Below, piece by piece: positions 52,059 through 64,000 of a stretch of DNA of 64,000 nt. The position numbers and the translations under genes are program-made. The first letter of the stretch is position 1; every line of letters starts with the position of its first letter. This DNA comes from Nitrospirales bacterium (GTDB lineage: Bacteria > Nitrospirota > Nitrospiria > Nitrospirales > UBA8639), in the NCBI GenBank assembly GCA_965203295.1, contig CBDBCZ010000017.1, positions 1,600,001-1,664,000 on the forward strand. The letters are read 5' to 3'. The notes beneath the pieces were generated by a model. The model was not told where the DNA came from. It searched no databases and saw nothing but the letters and a program-made list of their open reading frames with translations.

Positions 52059-54413
52059 ACAAGCAGTGATCAGAAAGGTTAGAGAACCCTTAGTCTAGCT
52101 CACTAGTCCCTCCCCTCCTCCCACCCTCACAAAAAGCAAATAAATGTTTTCGGCAGAGACATGCCCCACGCCCCTGGACTCTGAAGACCGGACCTAAATT
52201 ATTGGCAGCGTGAAAGACAAGTATATCTTGTTCTTGTACTGCCGTAGGGCGTGACTGATCACCGCAGTAAAGGCACAGACACGTCGCTATGTATACTCCT
52301 CCGTGAACACATGTCAAGAGACCGCGTGTGCCTGGCCTCTGCCTTATTGGAGTTCTTCACCGTATTAAAATGGTAGACCTTACTGATATTGAATAAGATA
52401 GAGCTGGCTAGAACCCTTAGGTCACTGTCAGGACACACACACACCTCGATTTTTTTATTTCTTTAGTTACATCCTGTTTTGAAATTGTTAGAGCCTCTAA
52501 ATCGAATTTTTTTTAAGGACAGCTGTACAACAACAGCAGATTGCTCAACCCCACTGGTGTATATGGGTGCAGGGTAAAAAATGAAATAAGGAGAGGGAGA
52601 GTCTTGCACAAATTTAGCTTTAAACTGCCAGCCTGCACTGTTGAATATTCAGTTAGCTGACTACTTTCTAAGTCCCATCTACCTTCACAGACATTGGGGC
52701 TCAGGGTAGAGAGAACACTTATAAGATCTTGTACGTACATGTAGATCACATTGGCTAGATTGCTACCCAGAATTGGTTTGTAGTATGGAAAGAAGACAAA
52801 TAATATGTGTGGACTCTAGCCACCCCCCCCCCTCCATGGCAAGTTCATGCTTACCCCCCCCCCCGCTGTATAACTACCCGACATTCCTCAATTCATACCA
52901 AAGTCCTTTTGTCCAAATTTTTCCCCATGGCTACAGTATGAGGTGAAAGGCCTCGGTGTGAGGTTTACTTTAATGCTGTTCATTGAGAATTCCATGGCAA
53001 GTTCATGCTTACGTGTGTGAGTCTCTAAACTTTATGCCCGAGACGTTTTATTGACATCATCAGAAAGCATAGCTAATTGGATTCCACTATTAGTGTACCT
53101 GACCGCTTCCAACCTCCTCTGGAGACATTAACTCGTGTAAGATCGTGCTTACATGTGAATCTCTAAAGTTTATGCTGACCAAAACCGGAACTAGTAGTAT
53201 TTGCACCAGAGCTGCAGTCTCCACTGTACAATGTAGGGCCATAATATGGCTGCAGAGCAGTTAATGGTATTCATGCACTGTAATGGATAATATTGAGAGT
53301 TTTAGCAACCCACAAGTATTTTGAGCGAGTGCTGCATATATAAGGAGGAAACCTGACTTTTTGTTCTGTCCACGGTGTCTCCTTTTTGAAATCAGCAATC
53401 TTACAATTTTTGGGGGCCTGTAATGGGCCTATATGTGGCACCTAACCTGTTTATGTAGTCTCCAGTGGCTACACTGCGTGTAGTGGCGCTGTTGGAATTT
53501 TCCTTACAGATGTTAGCATGCTTGTGGTGTGTGTGTGCTGTTGGCAGGTTGTAGGGATGGTAGTGGTAATCCATGAAAGTTCTGTTGTGTCATTACCCTG
53601 TGCCGTGTATACGTGAGTGGGGTTAAGTATTCGGTTTTGTCCATGAGTCGTCATCATCTGTCATAAAAAAAAACAACTTTCGAACGGGAGATTGAGATGC
53701 TATAATAATCACAAAGCAGGATGTAATAATTGAAATCCAACGAGTGTGTCCCTGACAATAACCAAAACGATTCTTGTCTCCGTATGTCCGACTCTTTCTT
53801 ATTCAACATCGGTAAGGTCCGCCATTTTAGTATGAACAAGGTTTTGAATATGACAGAGGCCAGCATATGCAGACTCTTGACACGTGTCCATACTAGAGTA
53901 TACGTAGAGAAGCACCCATGTCATTACTATATCAGTCACGCTTACCACTCGTATACGGCGTTACACGAGCACGGTATACGGGGCCACATGCTGTTTCCAG
54001 TCTGCAGAGTTCAGGAGCGTGGGATATGTTAGGGATCTCATCATGACTTGCTCTTTAGTGATCTTTTCTGTGTAATGTGGTGCTGATGCTAACTTGTTTT
54101 GTTAGTTTTTCAAGACCGTACATACACTAGCTCAGATTCAACTACCACGCCACAACATTACTTACCTCGTACGTACTAAGAGGTGGTCGACAATGAAATC
54201 TTGATTAATGTCTCGCTCTCACATAGGCTGTGTGAGTGTTAGAGGTCTCCCTCTAATAACTTAGCTATAAGCTAAATGTTTTGGCCGAACCCTGTGGCAA
54301 CTGGGGCAAGCATTGCGCGAGACCTAGGCTGGCAGTAACGTGAGACACATACAGAGCTGCAGCCCAGGATACTGTAGGCTAGGCCAGTGAGGGCTCAGGG
54401 AGCCGTGGATGCA

Positions 54414-54572
54414 GGCTCAAGGAGCCTTGTGAGTAGGTTGAGAGGCTGGAGGCTCAAGGAGCCTTGTGAGTAGGTTGAGAGGCTGGAGGCTCAAGGAGCC
54501 TTGTGAGTGGGTTGAGAGGCTGGAGGCTCAAGGAGCCTTGTGAGTAGGTTGAGAGGCTGGAGGCTCAAGGAA
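54414..54572 (+). repeat. 37-bp minisatellite, ~4.3 copies
   Basis: ggctcaaggag at 54414, 54451, 54488, 54525; partial at 54562. Confidence 0.95.
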
Positions 54573-57500
54573 CCTCTGGTTGCTCAGAGAGCAGGTGAGG
54601 TATATAGTAGGCTTGCCCCATCGCCAAGGTAACATGGTTACTTTGTCGTGAACAGACAGAATATATGTGCATGAATCAAGGGTTTCGGGAGGGTGGGTTG
54701 ACTTAGTCCATAGTCGTTCAATCACTGCAACTGACGTGTTGGAGATTGCGCGATCGTGCAATTGGTGCCTTGCGCATGTGTACTGGCTAATAACTGTCTG
54801 CTCATGCTTAAATAGTTCACAGTTCAAATAACTAATTAAAATGTCCTAGAAACCATACTAGTGGCATCTCACTTGATGATCTGTTAATTAATTAATACAG
54901 CAATCTCTGCAGTGTGTTTTGTGGCTATCACAGTCTGGGTGTGCATATGGTTTTCAGGATGGCTGGAAAGAATTTGGACATTCAGGAAGTGCATAGTAAC
55001 ATTCTTAATTGGTTGGCGTACATCTGACTAGTATCAGAAGGTCCTGGGTTCAATCCCCACCTGGGTCCCGATTTTTCGAGATTTCGTTACTCTCTCAGAA
55101 AGCTTATCATCTCACAGAAGTTTGCAGTGTACATATCAAAACACATAATTTATTAATGAAAATAGTCGAAATTTGTTTAAAGTGTTGATAGTATGTACCA
55201 TCAGCCAGAGAAGAAAACAAGAACGCTGTGTGTTCAGAACCCTCGGCGCTTTACTTGAGAGTTAATGAACATTCCCTACGCGGTGGATTTGATGAAACTT
55301 GGTTTGAATCTTTTTGAATCGTGTTCTGTTGCACTTTAATTAAGTGTCGTGAGTTATTAATACTTTGGTTATTTTAGTTTCATTGCCCCTTTTAGCTACT
55401 TTAGACTCTATGTCATCTTTTCTACGTTTAGCTTTCTCTTCAGAAGTTTTAATTGCCCTCTTACACTTAGCTTTCTCTTCACCAGTTTCATTGTACCTCT
55501 TAGCTACTATTTGCTCTTTAACATGCTTCCTGCAGTTTAATGCATGAATTTCTGCTTCTAAGGCTCTCAAGTCTGCTCGTTTTTCAAGCTTTCTACTTTT
55601 GCTAATTTGAGTTGTTCGTCTCAGTACAAGCACATGTCCACAATCACAACATACTTTTCTAATGTGAATAGCAACAAGACACTTTGGGCAGACTTTTGCG
55701 GCATTATACCATGTAAAGTACAATGACCAAAGTATCAATAACTCACGGCACTTCAAGTGCAAGACAATCACAGAACATGATTCACAGAGATTCAAACCGA
55801 AATCCACCGCGTGGGGAATGTGTAGATATCTAAATAACGCACAATATGGCGTGGCCTTAATTACTTGCAGTAACGCGTTATTAAATGGCCGGCCGCTCGT
55901 AGCAGCAAGAACGCAAGTGTTGGTGTATCTCAGCAACTACAGCTTGTACAAAATCGCACATCTATCCTCGAGACAGTATCGATTGCCTAAATTCAGCACC
56001 TTCAGCTGGACAACTGGACAACATGTTCTTCACATTTCGATGGGACAAAGTCAGTTGAAACAGACACGCAAAACGACTACCGTAATTACCCCTCGCACGC
56101 GCTCACGCACCGAGGGTTGACTAGTACACTTGACTGAACAATGATGCACTCCAGGCTTATTGGCAGATATAACTGTATTCATGCAACTTAATTGCTAACT
56201 ATTGACAGCCCCTACAAGCACATGTCCACAATCACAACATACTTTTCTAATGTGAATAGCAGCAAGACACGCTCATCACATAATTATATTATATGTGTGC
56301 CTCTGCCTGTAAGTGCTTCTTCATAGATTTTACACCACAGAATGGGGTAGCACACACTAGGATATAGCCTCTTACCTGTGCAGATGCATCAAAAAGGAAA
56401 AAGTGTGCCTGGTATCCATTGTTTGCACATAGATGCAGCACGCGTGTACAGGGCAATGTGCTGTTTCAACACGCAATCTACTGAGCAACATGCGTGTTCG
56501 TTTTTTTTTCTGCGTGCTGTTCAGGGGATAATGTCGAGAAAATGCATGTGCATGCATGCATGGGATAAGACTCCAGTATTGCCCATATATGCATGCACAC
56601 ACCTCAATGTCATGCACATTTCATGTAGTAATTATGTGCCTAAAATTTAAATAATATGACATACATGTAGTGCAGATAGGATCCAGTACATGGCAAAGAA
56701 GTGTGCATACGTATGCCTTTTCATTGGTAGTACATACTCATGCATACAGCTGTGAACAGGTGGACTTCAATGGCTGTATAAAGTTCGATACAGTAGATCC
56801 AGTTTAGGCAATAGCATGCAATGTCACATGACTTGTGGGATAGACAATTTGTGGTCTAAGCTCTGACACACTGGTCAGGCATTCAATGAGGCTTCCATAA
56901 AAGTAATCAGTGAAATCAAGTTCTGCTGCCTGCATGCGCTCCACTGTCGTCTCCCAATGACTGTGCCCTCTGAGAAAGAGAGATCTGCTGCCCCTGTGCA
57001 CATAGACCTCTCTGCTGAACCCACTACCACGGGGGAAGGTTTGCTTTCTAAACGCACCTGAAGCTGTAAAACTAAGATGGAGAGTGTGTGAAATTTTGAG
57101 ACACTTTCATTGAACACATTGTGTGATTTAAGTTTCGACTGAAGAACACTCAATCTACTATCCACCAACCCTCGACCTCTCAAGCTAGCCGCCAGCCCTC
57201 AACATCTAAAACTAACTGCCAACCTACCCAAAGAAAGAAAAAAGCCACCATTGACGACTACCACAGTATTGGTAGCACTAGAGTTGATATATAGCAGATC
57301 ATTACGCACATGGTGGAAGTCTGTGGGCCAGGTCTCTCTTGACTCCTCCCCCTGGGCGTGGATCTCATCTCAGATTGACGTCATCTGCTTCTTGCGATCC
57401 TGAGGCTGAGGAACCTAGGTCAGGAATAGGATTATCAACAAGCTTCTTGTCCACATTGGCCTTGAAATAATAATGAGGTGATGTATACATTAATCCTCTG

Positions 57501-58428
57501 TTCCAGTGAAAAGTAGGAGAGTTTGATGACGACAAGTCTTTGCTTGTAGTGACTCTACCTGCCTTTTGGGGTGGAGCCTGACTGTTACCACAGCAATGCC
57601 AGATGGAATGAGAAGCAAGATTACCATTTTACCAACTCTGCAGGAACCTCTGGAGACTCTTTGCATCACTGCCATTGCTAAACTCCACCCCTTTGCTCAA
57701 CACCAGCGAGCATTCCCAGGAAGATGGACTGCCTTTGACACTACTACCAGGCGTGCATATAGACAGAATTATGTAGCCAGGAGCTATATATAGCAACAGT
57801 TGTGCACACCCAGTAGTTCGACGTATCGCAGCACAACTGTTGCTATGCGATGTACAGAATTTATTTCAAGACATGGTACACTACGTACACACAATACGTC
57901 ATACATCCACACATACATACACACACAGACACACAGCACTTCTAATTCCGCTTCAAAGTGGTACTGCTTGTCAGGTTGTCCCACAGCAACTGTGCCAAAC
58001 GAGAAACATTGAAGCTCAAGCATCCTCACACAACCCAAACCGTGACTACCCATACCACCACTCCCTTGCCTTAAGAAGATACTTCTTGAACAATACAAAA
58101 GTAACTATAACCCAGGCCATCCACACAGATTTTTGGAAGCCGTGAATTTTTTCCAAGGATGCAAAAAAAATCTATATGGAAGGCTTGGGTTCAGGGCTAC
58201 TGTAACTCTGCAGGATTCACTGTAGGTAGGGTGTAGAGTTGCTTCACAATTTGGAGATTCCAAGGGGTTTCGGAATCCCCCCCCCCCCCCAAAAAAAACA
58301 AAAAAAAAACAAAAAAAAAAAACTGCCATTGGTAAAAGATGAATAGCTACTATTATGAGGATTGAAGATGCTGCTCCAGAGATTAAAGATTAAAGCTGTG
58401 ATCACTGTCAGCCTAGCCTCGTTCCCAG

Positions 58429-58469
58429 CATAGATAATATATACCTTCCGGAGGTATATATTATCTATA
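58429..58469. mobile_element. 41-bp palindromic P-element-like mini-insertion within an Academ-like TIR
   Basis: catagataatatatacct..aggtatatattatctata; 7-bp TSD ttcccag. Confidence 0.65.
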
Positions 58470-59532
58470 TTCCCAGTCTCTAGCTACTTCCCAGCTTTTT
58501 TTTTTTCGGAAAAAAAAACTGGGGAACAGAGACTGAGTATGTGTACATGTATATGGTGCGTAGTATGGATTGTAATTTCAGCCTTACAGCTGTATGTATC
58601 ATTTTGTGGGCTAACACATTCAGCGCGGAGGGTCAAACAGTGTCACAGCTCACCGCCTCTGTTAGATTAAAGTCTAGGTGTCCCCCCAGCCATTAGACTG
58701 TCTTTCTTGACTTCTTCGCAGTCAAGACCAAACTCTACTGGTGGCATACAACAGGAAGACTGGCCGTACCGTTATTTTCCTTGCAATACGCGGCAGACAG
58801 AACCTAAACCATTTCCCAATCCTGCTAATAGCCCTGTAAGGACGTCACACGATAATCGCTTGTATTTTCGATGTAATTGAACACGTGGAAACAGCACGAC
58901 GCTCGCTACAGAATTCGGAGAAAGCAGGAGCGTAGGAAGGTTACTGCCCGACCGCTCTGGGAATGACCCAGGTAGGAAGTGGCATGGGAAGCGTTGCAAG
59001 GTTTGTATCAAGCTTGTTTCCATGCACGAGCTAATATTAGCTACCGGCGAGCCGTTTTTTTTTTTTGTTCGCTCTTGCCGGGAAAAGTCTGACTGGGATT
59101 CTGGAAACAAGGCTAAGGTTGCAGAGGTTTACAAAAAGCTTGCAACGGACTGGTAGAGTAGACAACCACTTGCCCTGCTTGGTAATGACCCTGCTAGGTT
59201 TCAACTTGTTTGCTACTGCTTGGTACAAGCTTTTTGCAAAACTGTACATACAGTATGTAAATTGCTCTACTTGATGGGAGCCTCAGTAGTTTCCAGTCCT
59301 ACCTTTTTGAGGTGGAAAAATAACTACTAAGCTTCCTCTCCTTGTTTCAGCCTCAGGATGTGATGCCCAACAGCACCCTGGTGGGAGAGTCTGCTGAGCT
59401 GTGACTACCTGGAGGGCACCCTGGACTGGATGTGCTGTGGTTAGTGTCTTTGTAGAGGGGGTCACCAGGGTGGGCCTTTTGTAACCAATGTCTCATTAGT
59501 CACATGGCCAGTCAAGTGTGCTAGTTATGAGT

Positions 59533-60345
59533 TAGCCTCGAACCCAGGCCTTACACGCCCAGATTTTATCTCGCAGCCTTGGAGAAAAATCGGGAGGTAA
59601 GGCCTGGAAGGATTGCACACGTGATACGTGCCGCCAACGTCACAGCTGTAATCTTGTAAATTCAGCAACGTCACAACGTGATGGGCGTGGTTAAACTTGA
59701 TGACGATCTGTCTCGCGCTAAAGTCCCGGGGAAACGTTGGAAGCGTTCAAAAGCTCGCTGCAGCTTTGGAAGAGGAGAAGCTCTGTGCCCAGGTTACTAT
59801 TTGAATTTGCAAGACGCCCGTCCGTTCACGTTTTGGACAACAGTTGGCGAATTTAGGACCTCCGACGCAAATTTAGGAGTGCTTGCTATGGCCCCTCACG
59901 TGGACCTTCATGTAACCGTTGTTTTAACCTGTTTTGGCAAATTTTATATTAATAAAAGTATGATGATAAAGAAAAATTACAACCATGAACACTAAAGGCT
60001 ATAACTAGCTAAGCTAGCACCAAGTAGCTACAAATATGGCTGCCTAGCTGTATCCTTTGGTACTATAAAGCACACACCAGGTAACTTTCTTGCCGCTTCT
60101 TGCCATCTCCCGGTCCCCAGCTCGCAACAAAGAGACTACACGTTGAGTAAGTCGTCGGAAAAACGAACGCATGGAAATATAAATCAATCACGCGAGCGAT
60201 CAGCGCGTAATAACTTCACATCCGTTAGACTTTGACGTCATTGGCGGCACGTGTCACGTGTGCAATCCTGCCAGGCCTTACCTCCCGATTTTTCTCCAAG
60301 GCTGCGAGATAAAATCTGGGCGTGTAAGGCCTGGGTTCGAGGCTA
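59533..60345. mobile_element. Academ(H)-like non-autonomous element with ~110-bp TIRs
   Basis: tagcctcgaacccagg...cctgggttcgaggcta; perfect 9-bp TSD gttatgagt. Confidence 0.9.
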
Positions 60346-62285
60346 GTTATGAGTAGTGTAACTGTTGAGTAGTCTGGGAGTTGGCAGCATTCTTTAGGCT
60401 GCATGTAATTTTACAAGCTAGCAGGAACACATTGTCTCACTTTATCAATAGACTGCTATCTTGTTGTCTTAATTAAGTTAATTAACTCTCTTTATTTTTT
60501 CTTGTATAGTTAGATTTCCCCATAGGCATTGTAGCTGCAAAAGTTACTGACCAATCACATTACCAAGCTTATGAACCTTGCTATATATGTACATGATTCC
60601 ATGTAGCAATAGGGAGTTTTTGGACAGCCTATGAGCCTGCTAGTAACCAACACACATTGTCCCATTGCTAGTTAATCATGGAGTCAGCAGCCATTGTCTC
60701 CTTCTGTTATGTAGAGACTCCATGGCTAAACTGGCAGGTGTTTGCCTAGCCTCATTTACAATATAATGACCCTTGCTGTGCAGCTATATAGTGACATTGT
60801 AATTATCAGTTTGTGAATTGACTAGTTTCCTATTATGAGTAGCTGCTAGATCCACAAGTTTTTGCCAGTGGCTATATTTAAGGAGCAAGCTGCAGTATTG
60901 GTTGGTGCAGGGAGAAGATGCTGCACACAATTTTTGGAGAGCTAAAAGGCTCAACTTAGTCCCTCACTATCACAGAGTAGTTGTATAGGGATGGTAATCT
61001 GTAAAGTATTGTGGTATTGTTCCACCTGTTGAGATTGCATCCCTACATGTTCTTTCCAATGCTATTCCTTTGACTGGTTCATTGGGTGAAAGAAAAGCTG
61101 GATGGCGGTGTGGATGGTAGCATTTGGTGATTGTAAGTTTTGTTGCGTGGGCGTATAATTCTACCCTACATCATGGCACGTGATAAGTGGTACTAGGTTT
61201 CCCCCTTGCTTTTTCTCCACAGTTACAAGATAAAAGCTGGGATGTGAAGGCTGGGAACGGGGGTAATTGGCGTATGCATTTGTATGGCAGGCCAGGTGTC
61301 TGCATTTATTGAGCTGACATTCAAAAAAGCGTCTGGGCCACTGTATCTGGTCACTCAGGCTCTACTTGAAGTTTTGAGAGTGAGCAGTGATCACATTCCC
61401 TCCATCTTGATGATTTTCAGGTTGGGGTTAATTCTCAGAAGCCACATAAGTGTCAGAAGGCCTATTCATTTTGGGTCCTGGCACATTTTTCAATGTGTAG
61501 GGAAGCCCTGTACAGCTGCCGAGGGAACCACAGAGTGGGTGCAACCAATCTTGCATAGGTAGTTTCCTCCCCCCCCCCCCCATCACTCATACGTATATAG
61601 CGAGAGCAGCTACCCGTTCGTTGTCGGACCTGCTGCTGTGTCGGTCTCTGTGTCAGAATACGCCTGTAGTAGTATCGAGCGTTCCGATGATCTATTCATG
61701 AACAACAGACTGTAGCTTGGTGTTGATTGCACAATTATTGATTCTAGTAAGGAACGTCCCTATGGACACAGCATTTCTGTACCACGTAAAAAATCTGTGA
61801 CGTCAAATAAACATGACTGCTAAGTAAGAGCTAGGCTGCGGTCCTGGCATGCCTGTGTTGTTTTGCAGTGGTTTGTAGACCCTTCTGAATTACTGCTTTC
61901 ACATGGCCCCTGTCAGCAGCACTATACTGCCATTTACAAATTCTCAGTGCTCCATACCATTCTCATGGAGATTGCACAACACAAAATGCTTTGGCTACTA
62001 CAACAATGTGTTACATGTTCCATGCCTAGCTGCAGGATTATGAACAGGCAAGTAGCCGAGCAAGCAAAGTGAGCAAGTTCAACAGGTATAAGTAGTTGAG
62101 CTTGGGAACTACTTGTAACTAACTGTTAAGGTAATGAATCTCATGGGGCCATCATTATAATGTACTCTCTTGTGACCCAGTGTATCTGGGCACTCAGGCT
62201 CCACCTATTGTCCTTAGAGTGCATGAACTGTGATCATTAACAGTAATTACATTCTGGGTGAATGAATATCATTACTTGTACCAAA

Positions 62286-62410
62286 CCCACAAGTGACTTT
62301 CTCACAGTGGGGCTATAAAAGCAGCTCAAAGGGAGTACAGTCTTAAGGTACATTAGTTACAGTTGTTTAAAAAATTAATTTTTGGGAGCCCATATTGGTA
62401 TATGTGGGCT
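62286..62410 (+). ncRNA. Candidate Sm-class small RNA module
   Basis: cccacaagtg, tataaaa at +28, aatttttgg, hairpin agcccatat...atgtgggct. Confidence 0.4.
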
Positions 62411-62669
62411 AATATTTTTTTGTGATATTGGTCTGTGAGGGACAAGACTCTCTCCATTCTGTGTGCTAAGCCACTTGCATAGCCACCTTCCCAGTCACCA
62501 CTGCCCAACATACAAAAACAGTGGGAGTGAAGACTGGGGAACGAGGTTGAAATAATAATATTCTTATGTTGCTGCTGTAGCGCTTACGCCATTGACCACG
62601 CACCCACTTACGGAGCTTGAAAGATCTCCAGTCAGAGGACAAGAGCAAAAGCAACCAGATGTCTCACCA

Positions 62670-63446
62670 TTACTATCCTAATCGCCGTCAATACTTTAAC
62701 GTTAGTTCTGTGTTTGCGTGTGTGCGTAACGGACGTGACGTGACGTGACGTGAACTAATGACCCTCGAATACGCGAGACGACCGTGACGTCATCATATGT
62801 GTACATAGCTAATTAGTACTTTGACCGCTGCATGCGTTGGGACGACTTCGACCGCTGCGTGCGTTGGGATGCTCTGACAGCCGTCGGTATTATCATGATG
62901 GCCTCAAATGAGCACTTCGAGCGCGCTCTATTGCGAAGGTTAGTGGCTGTACAGTCCTGTAAGTGCAAACCATGCACAGCTGTAACTGCTACGCTAGACA
63001 AACTACGACGATGTGCATTAAATGGAGTCAGTTCCATTCGCCTACATGTGCTGATGTCGGTATGGTTTTGTAATTATTTGCAGTCTCTCATTTGAGTTAC
63101 TGCCTCCACACGGCTCAGGCAGAAAACTACTGTCAAAGTCTCGATCAGGCTACTGCCACTGGCAGATGCTCCACATTCCATATGATAGCTATACTACATG
63201 GACATTACATAATACATGCTTTGGCCGAAATGTAGTGTGCACACGTACTATATACTTACCCCCCACTGTGACGAGTCAATTTTCAACACTGACATGTGGC
63301 TTAGTCAAAAGCACTGCTTCATTGGCAGATGCTACGTATACTGTTACATGCAAATCACATAGAGGTCACACTTTTCATTTCTGTACAAAGTGAGTGAGTT
63401 GAACACGCACAAGTACTTGCGCGAGCGAAGCGAGCGCACGTACTTG
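62670..63446 (+). mobile_element. Non-autonomous Helitron-like element (5' end approximate)
   Basis: 3' hairpin gtacttgcgcgagcgaagcgagcgcacgtac then CTTG|T; microsatellite-like 5' region. Confidence 0.5.
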
Positions 63447-64000
63447 TATAATTTATTCTTCCTAGTATCCCAGATTAATGAAATAAAACTCTTAGCTAGC
63501 CTTAATAAAGCCTTAAAGTCATATTTTTCCCAATTCTCACACCCTAAAACAAAGCCCGTCCTTTCAAAATTATTGAGTGCACTAAACTCTTCAAAACTTC
63601 CACCCAACAGTTTGTCTTAAGTCTTCCATGAAAGTACTTCTAATAGTATCATACGTAGGACACTCCCAGAGCACATGTACTACACTCTCACATTCATCCC
63701 CACGTAACTTACACTGCCTATCATCATTTTTACCCCGATGTCTTCCTAAATCTTCATTCAGACCATAATAGTACCAGACCTAAACTTAAACAACAATCGT
63801 GTTCCTGGATCCCCAACCCCCTGCAAGTAATTTTTAATTTCTATTTCCTTACAAAAAGACTTGTAAAGACTAAGTTTAACTTTACTATTTAAGCCATCAT
63901 TAAAATCTTTATATTCTCTGCATCTCAATGCTTCATCTACTCTCTCTAAAAACAAGTTCACATTATAGTCTTCATCTAGTATTTCCTGACTGTCTAGATT
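63447..64000 (-). mobile_element. 3' end of a non-LTR retrotransposon ORF2 (degenerate; RTE-X/L2-like)
   Basis: KLSLYKSF...NYL...TRLLFKFRSGT, Zn-knuckle-like C...ESVVHVLWEC, and IWDTRK C-terminus; frameshifts/stops. Confidence 0.75.

Larger units (their letters stand above)
44524..56218 (+). repeat. Segmental duplication copy 2 (~11.7 kb)
   Basis: Starts ggtgggtt(a/g)tgtagaacatctc as copy 1 does; homology ends at attgaca..ccc.acaag. Confidence 0.95.

Noticed and set aside
62314..62410. Spliced-leader RNA call (ttaag|gtac upstream of the Sm-like site)
   Set aside because: The donor-like site is not conserved in the other cassettes and would give a very short leader; kept only as something to test

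Overview
Eukaryotic, repeat-dense genomic DNA. The transposon families and the one intact gene look like an early-branching animal, probably a demosponge (inference). Only one convincing intact CDS is present: 16527-17960, a type II membrane GDP-fucose/O-fucosyltransferase-like protein. The rest is a mosaic of nested non-autonomous transposons: TAG...CTA Academ-like MITEs with 9-bp TSDs, TA-flanked pogo/Tc1-mariner-type MITEs (two carry HIRAN-domain fragments), a CACTG element, piggyBac-, P-, Helitron-, Helentron/HINE- and Crypton-like elements, a tRNA-Thr-derived SINE and a LINE 3' end. There is also a 6.2-kb foldback structure, a ~12-kb recent direct duplication (28347-40248 vs 44524-56218) and an older ~3-kb one. 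The most intriguing signal is a dispersed cluster of about 15 diverged modules, about 10 of them complete. Each has CCCACAAGT, a TATA-like box about 28-30 bp later, a variable segment, an Sm-site-like AATTTTTGG and a 3' hairpin whose sequence changes while pairing is kept. This is a candidate family of short Sm-class snRNA-like genes with variable 5' regions, interleaved with repeated p38 MAPK exon fragments. All family assignments come from motif recognition by eye, with no database search.
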